From a virus (Duplodnaviria; Caudoviricetes), in IMG/VR virus record IMGVR_UViG_3300035703_000245, positions 1 through 35,689 of that record: 35,689 nucleotides of DNA; one strand, given 5' to 3'. Numbering within the stretch: the stretch's first letter is position 1; the number at the start of each line of letters is the position of its first letter. The notes beneath the pieces were generated by a model. It was given only the letters and a program-made list of their open reading frames with translations, ran no database searches and was not told the origin of the DNA. A program made the position numbers and the translations under genes. Shown here piece after piece: positions 35,391-35,689 of this stretch.

Positions 35391-35532
35391 CGTGAGACTT
35401 GGCTGCGTTCTTGGCTTTGCGTTCGGCCCATGTCAGGCCGTCAGCGCCGCGCAGAGGCCATACGCTGTCGGGGCTGGTGCGGCGGTTGGGGTCGGGTCGG
35501 TGGGCGATGATGAAGCGTGGTGTGCTGGTCAT
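35383..35532 (-). CDS. Hypothetical protein (49 aa)
   Basis: MTSTPRFIIAHRPDPNRRTSPDSVWPLRGADGLTWAERK...; GAGGGG RBS and ATGA coupling. Confidence 0.6.
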   Translation of the reverse strand: MTSTPRFIIAHRPDPNRRTSPDSVWPLRGADGLTWAERKAKNAAKSHDG

Positions 35533-35687
35533 TTGTATTCCCCTCTTTCAATGCTGTTGGCTACCTGCCGCATACCGTGCGCCTTGAGCCACTTGGTGAT
35601 TGCTTCGACCTCGGCCTTCACGGCGATTTTAAGCATGTTCTGGATCATCTCGCCCATCGCCTCGATGCAGGTTGCTGCGGCCTCAGT
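35529..35687 (-). CDS. Partial hypothetical protein entering from the right edge
   Basis: ...TEAAATCIEAMGEMIQ...AITKWLKAHGMRQVANSIERGEYK-stop. Confidence 0.55.
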   Translation of the reverse strand, partial: TEAAATCIEAMGEMIQNMLKIAVKAEVEAITKWLKAHGMRQVANSIERGEYK

Positions 35688-35689
35688 CG

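Larger units (their letters stand above)
1..35689. mobile_element. Near-complete podovirus-like phage genome (P22/APSE-like virion module, PolA replication module)
   Basis: Ordered terminase, portal, scaffold, coat, tail, ejection, lysis and replication genes with no host genes. The leftward early operon is cut at both window ends. Confidence 0.95.

Noticed and set aside
1-35689. Window as a closed circular genome
   Set aside because: Joining the ends does not put the two partial genes in one frame and I saw no terminal repeat, so some sequence is probably missing.

Overview
The window is most of the genome of a lytic-looking, high-GC podovirus with a P22/APSE-like virion module, probably infecting an alphaproteobacterium (inferred from promoter style, leaderless starts and apparent GANTC scarcity). 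Left to right: a leftward operon of small early genes including a truncated beta-clamp-like protein (1-2726, resuming at 35220-35689); a 750 bp non-coding control region with a dyad-symmetric core; terminase subunits; four small basic proteins; portal, scaffold, coat and decoration genes; tail, tailspike and three ejection proteins; a lysis cassette; a leftward DUF3310/SNF2 helicase/VRR-NUC block; and a rightward exonuclease, SSB, PolA and primase-helicase block. I found no integrase, repressor, RNA polymerase, tRNA or CRISPR array. The best candidate for an undescribed system is a hairpin plus terminator at the 3' end of the replication operon whose loop is complementary to the GGAGCAAA ribosome-binding sites of several early genes, a possible antisense early-gene shut-off RNA. 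Other leads are the half-clamp that keeps the partner-binding cleft, a loop-E RNA element before polA, a structured scaffold leader and the symmetric element centred at 3079. All family assignments come from motif recognition by eye, not database searches.
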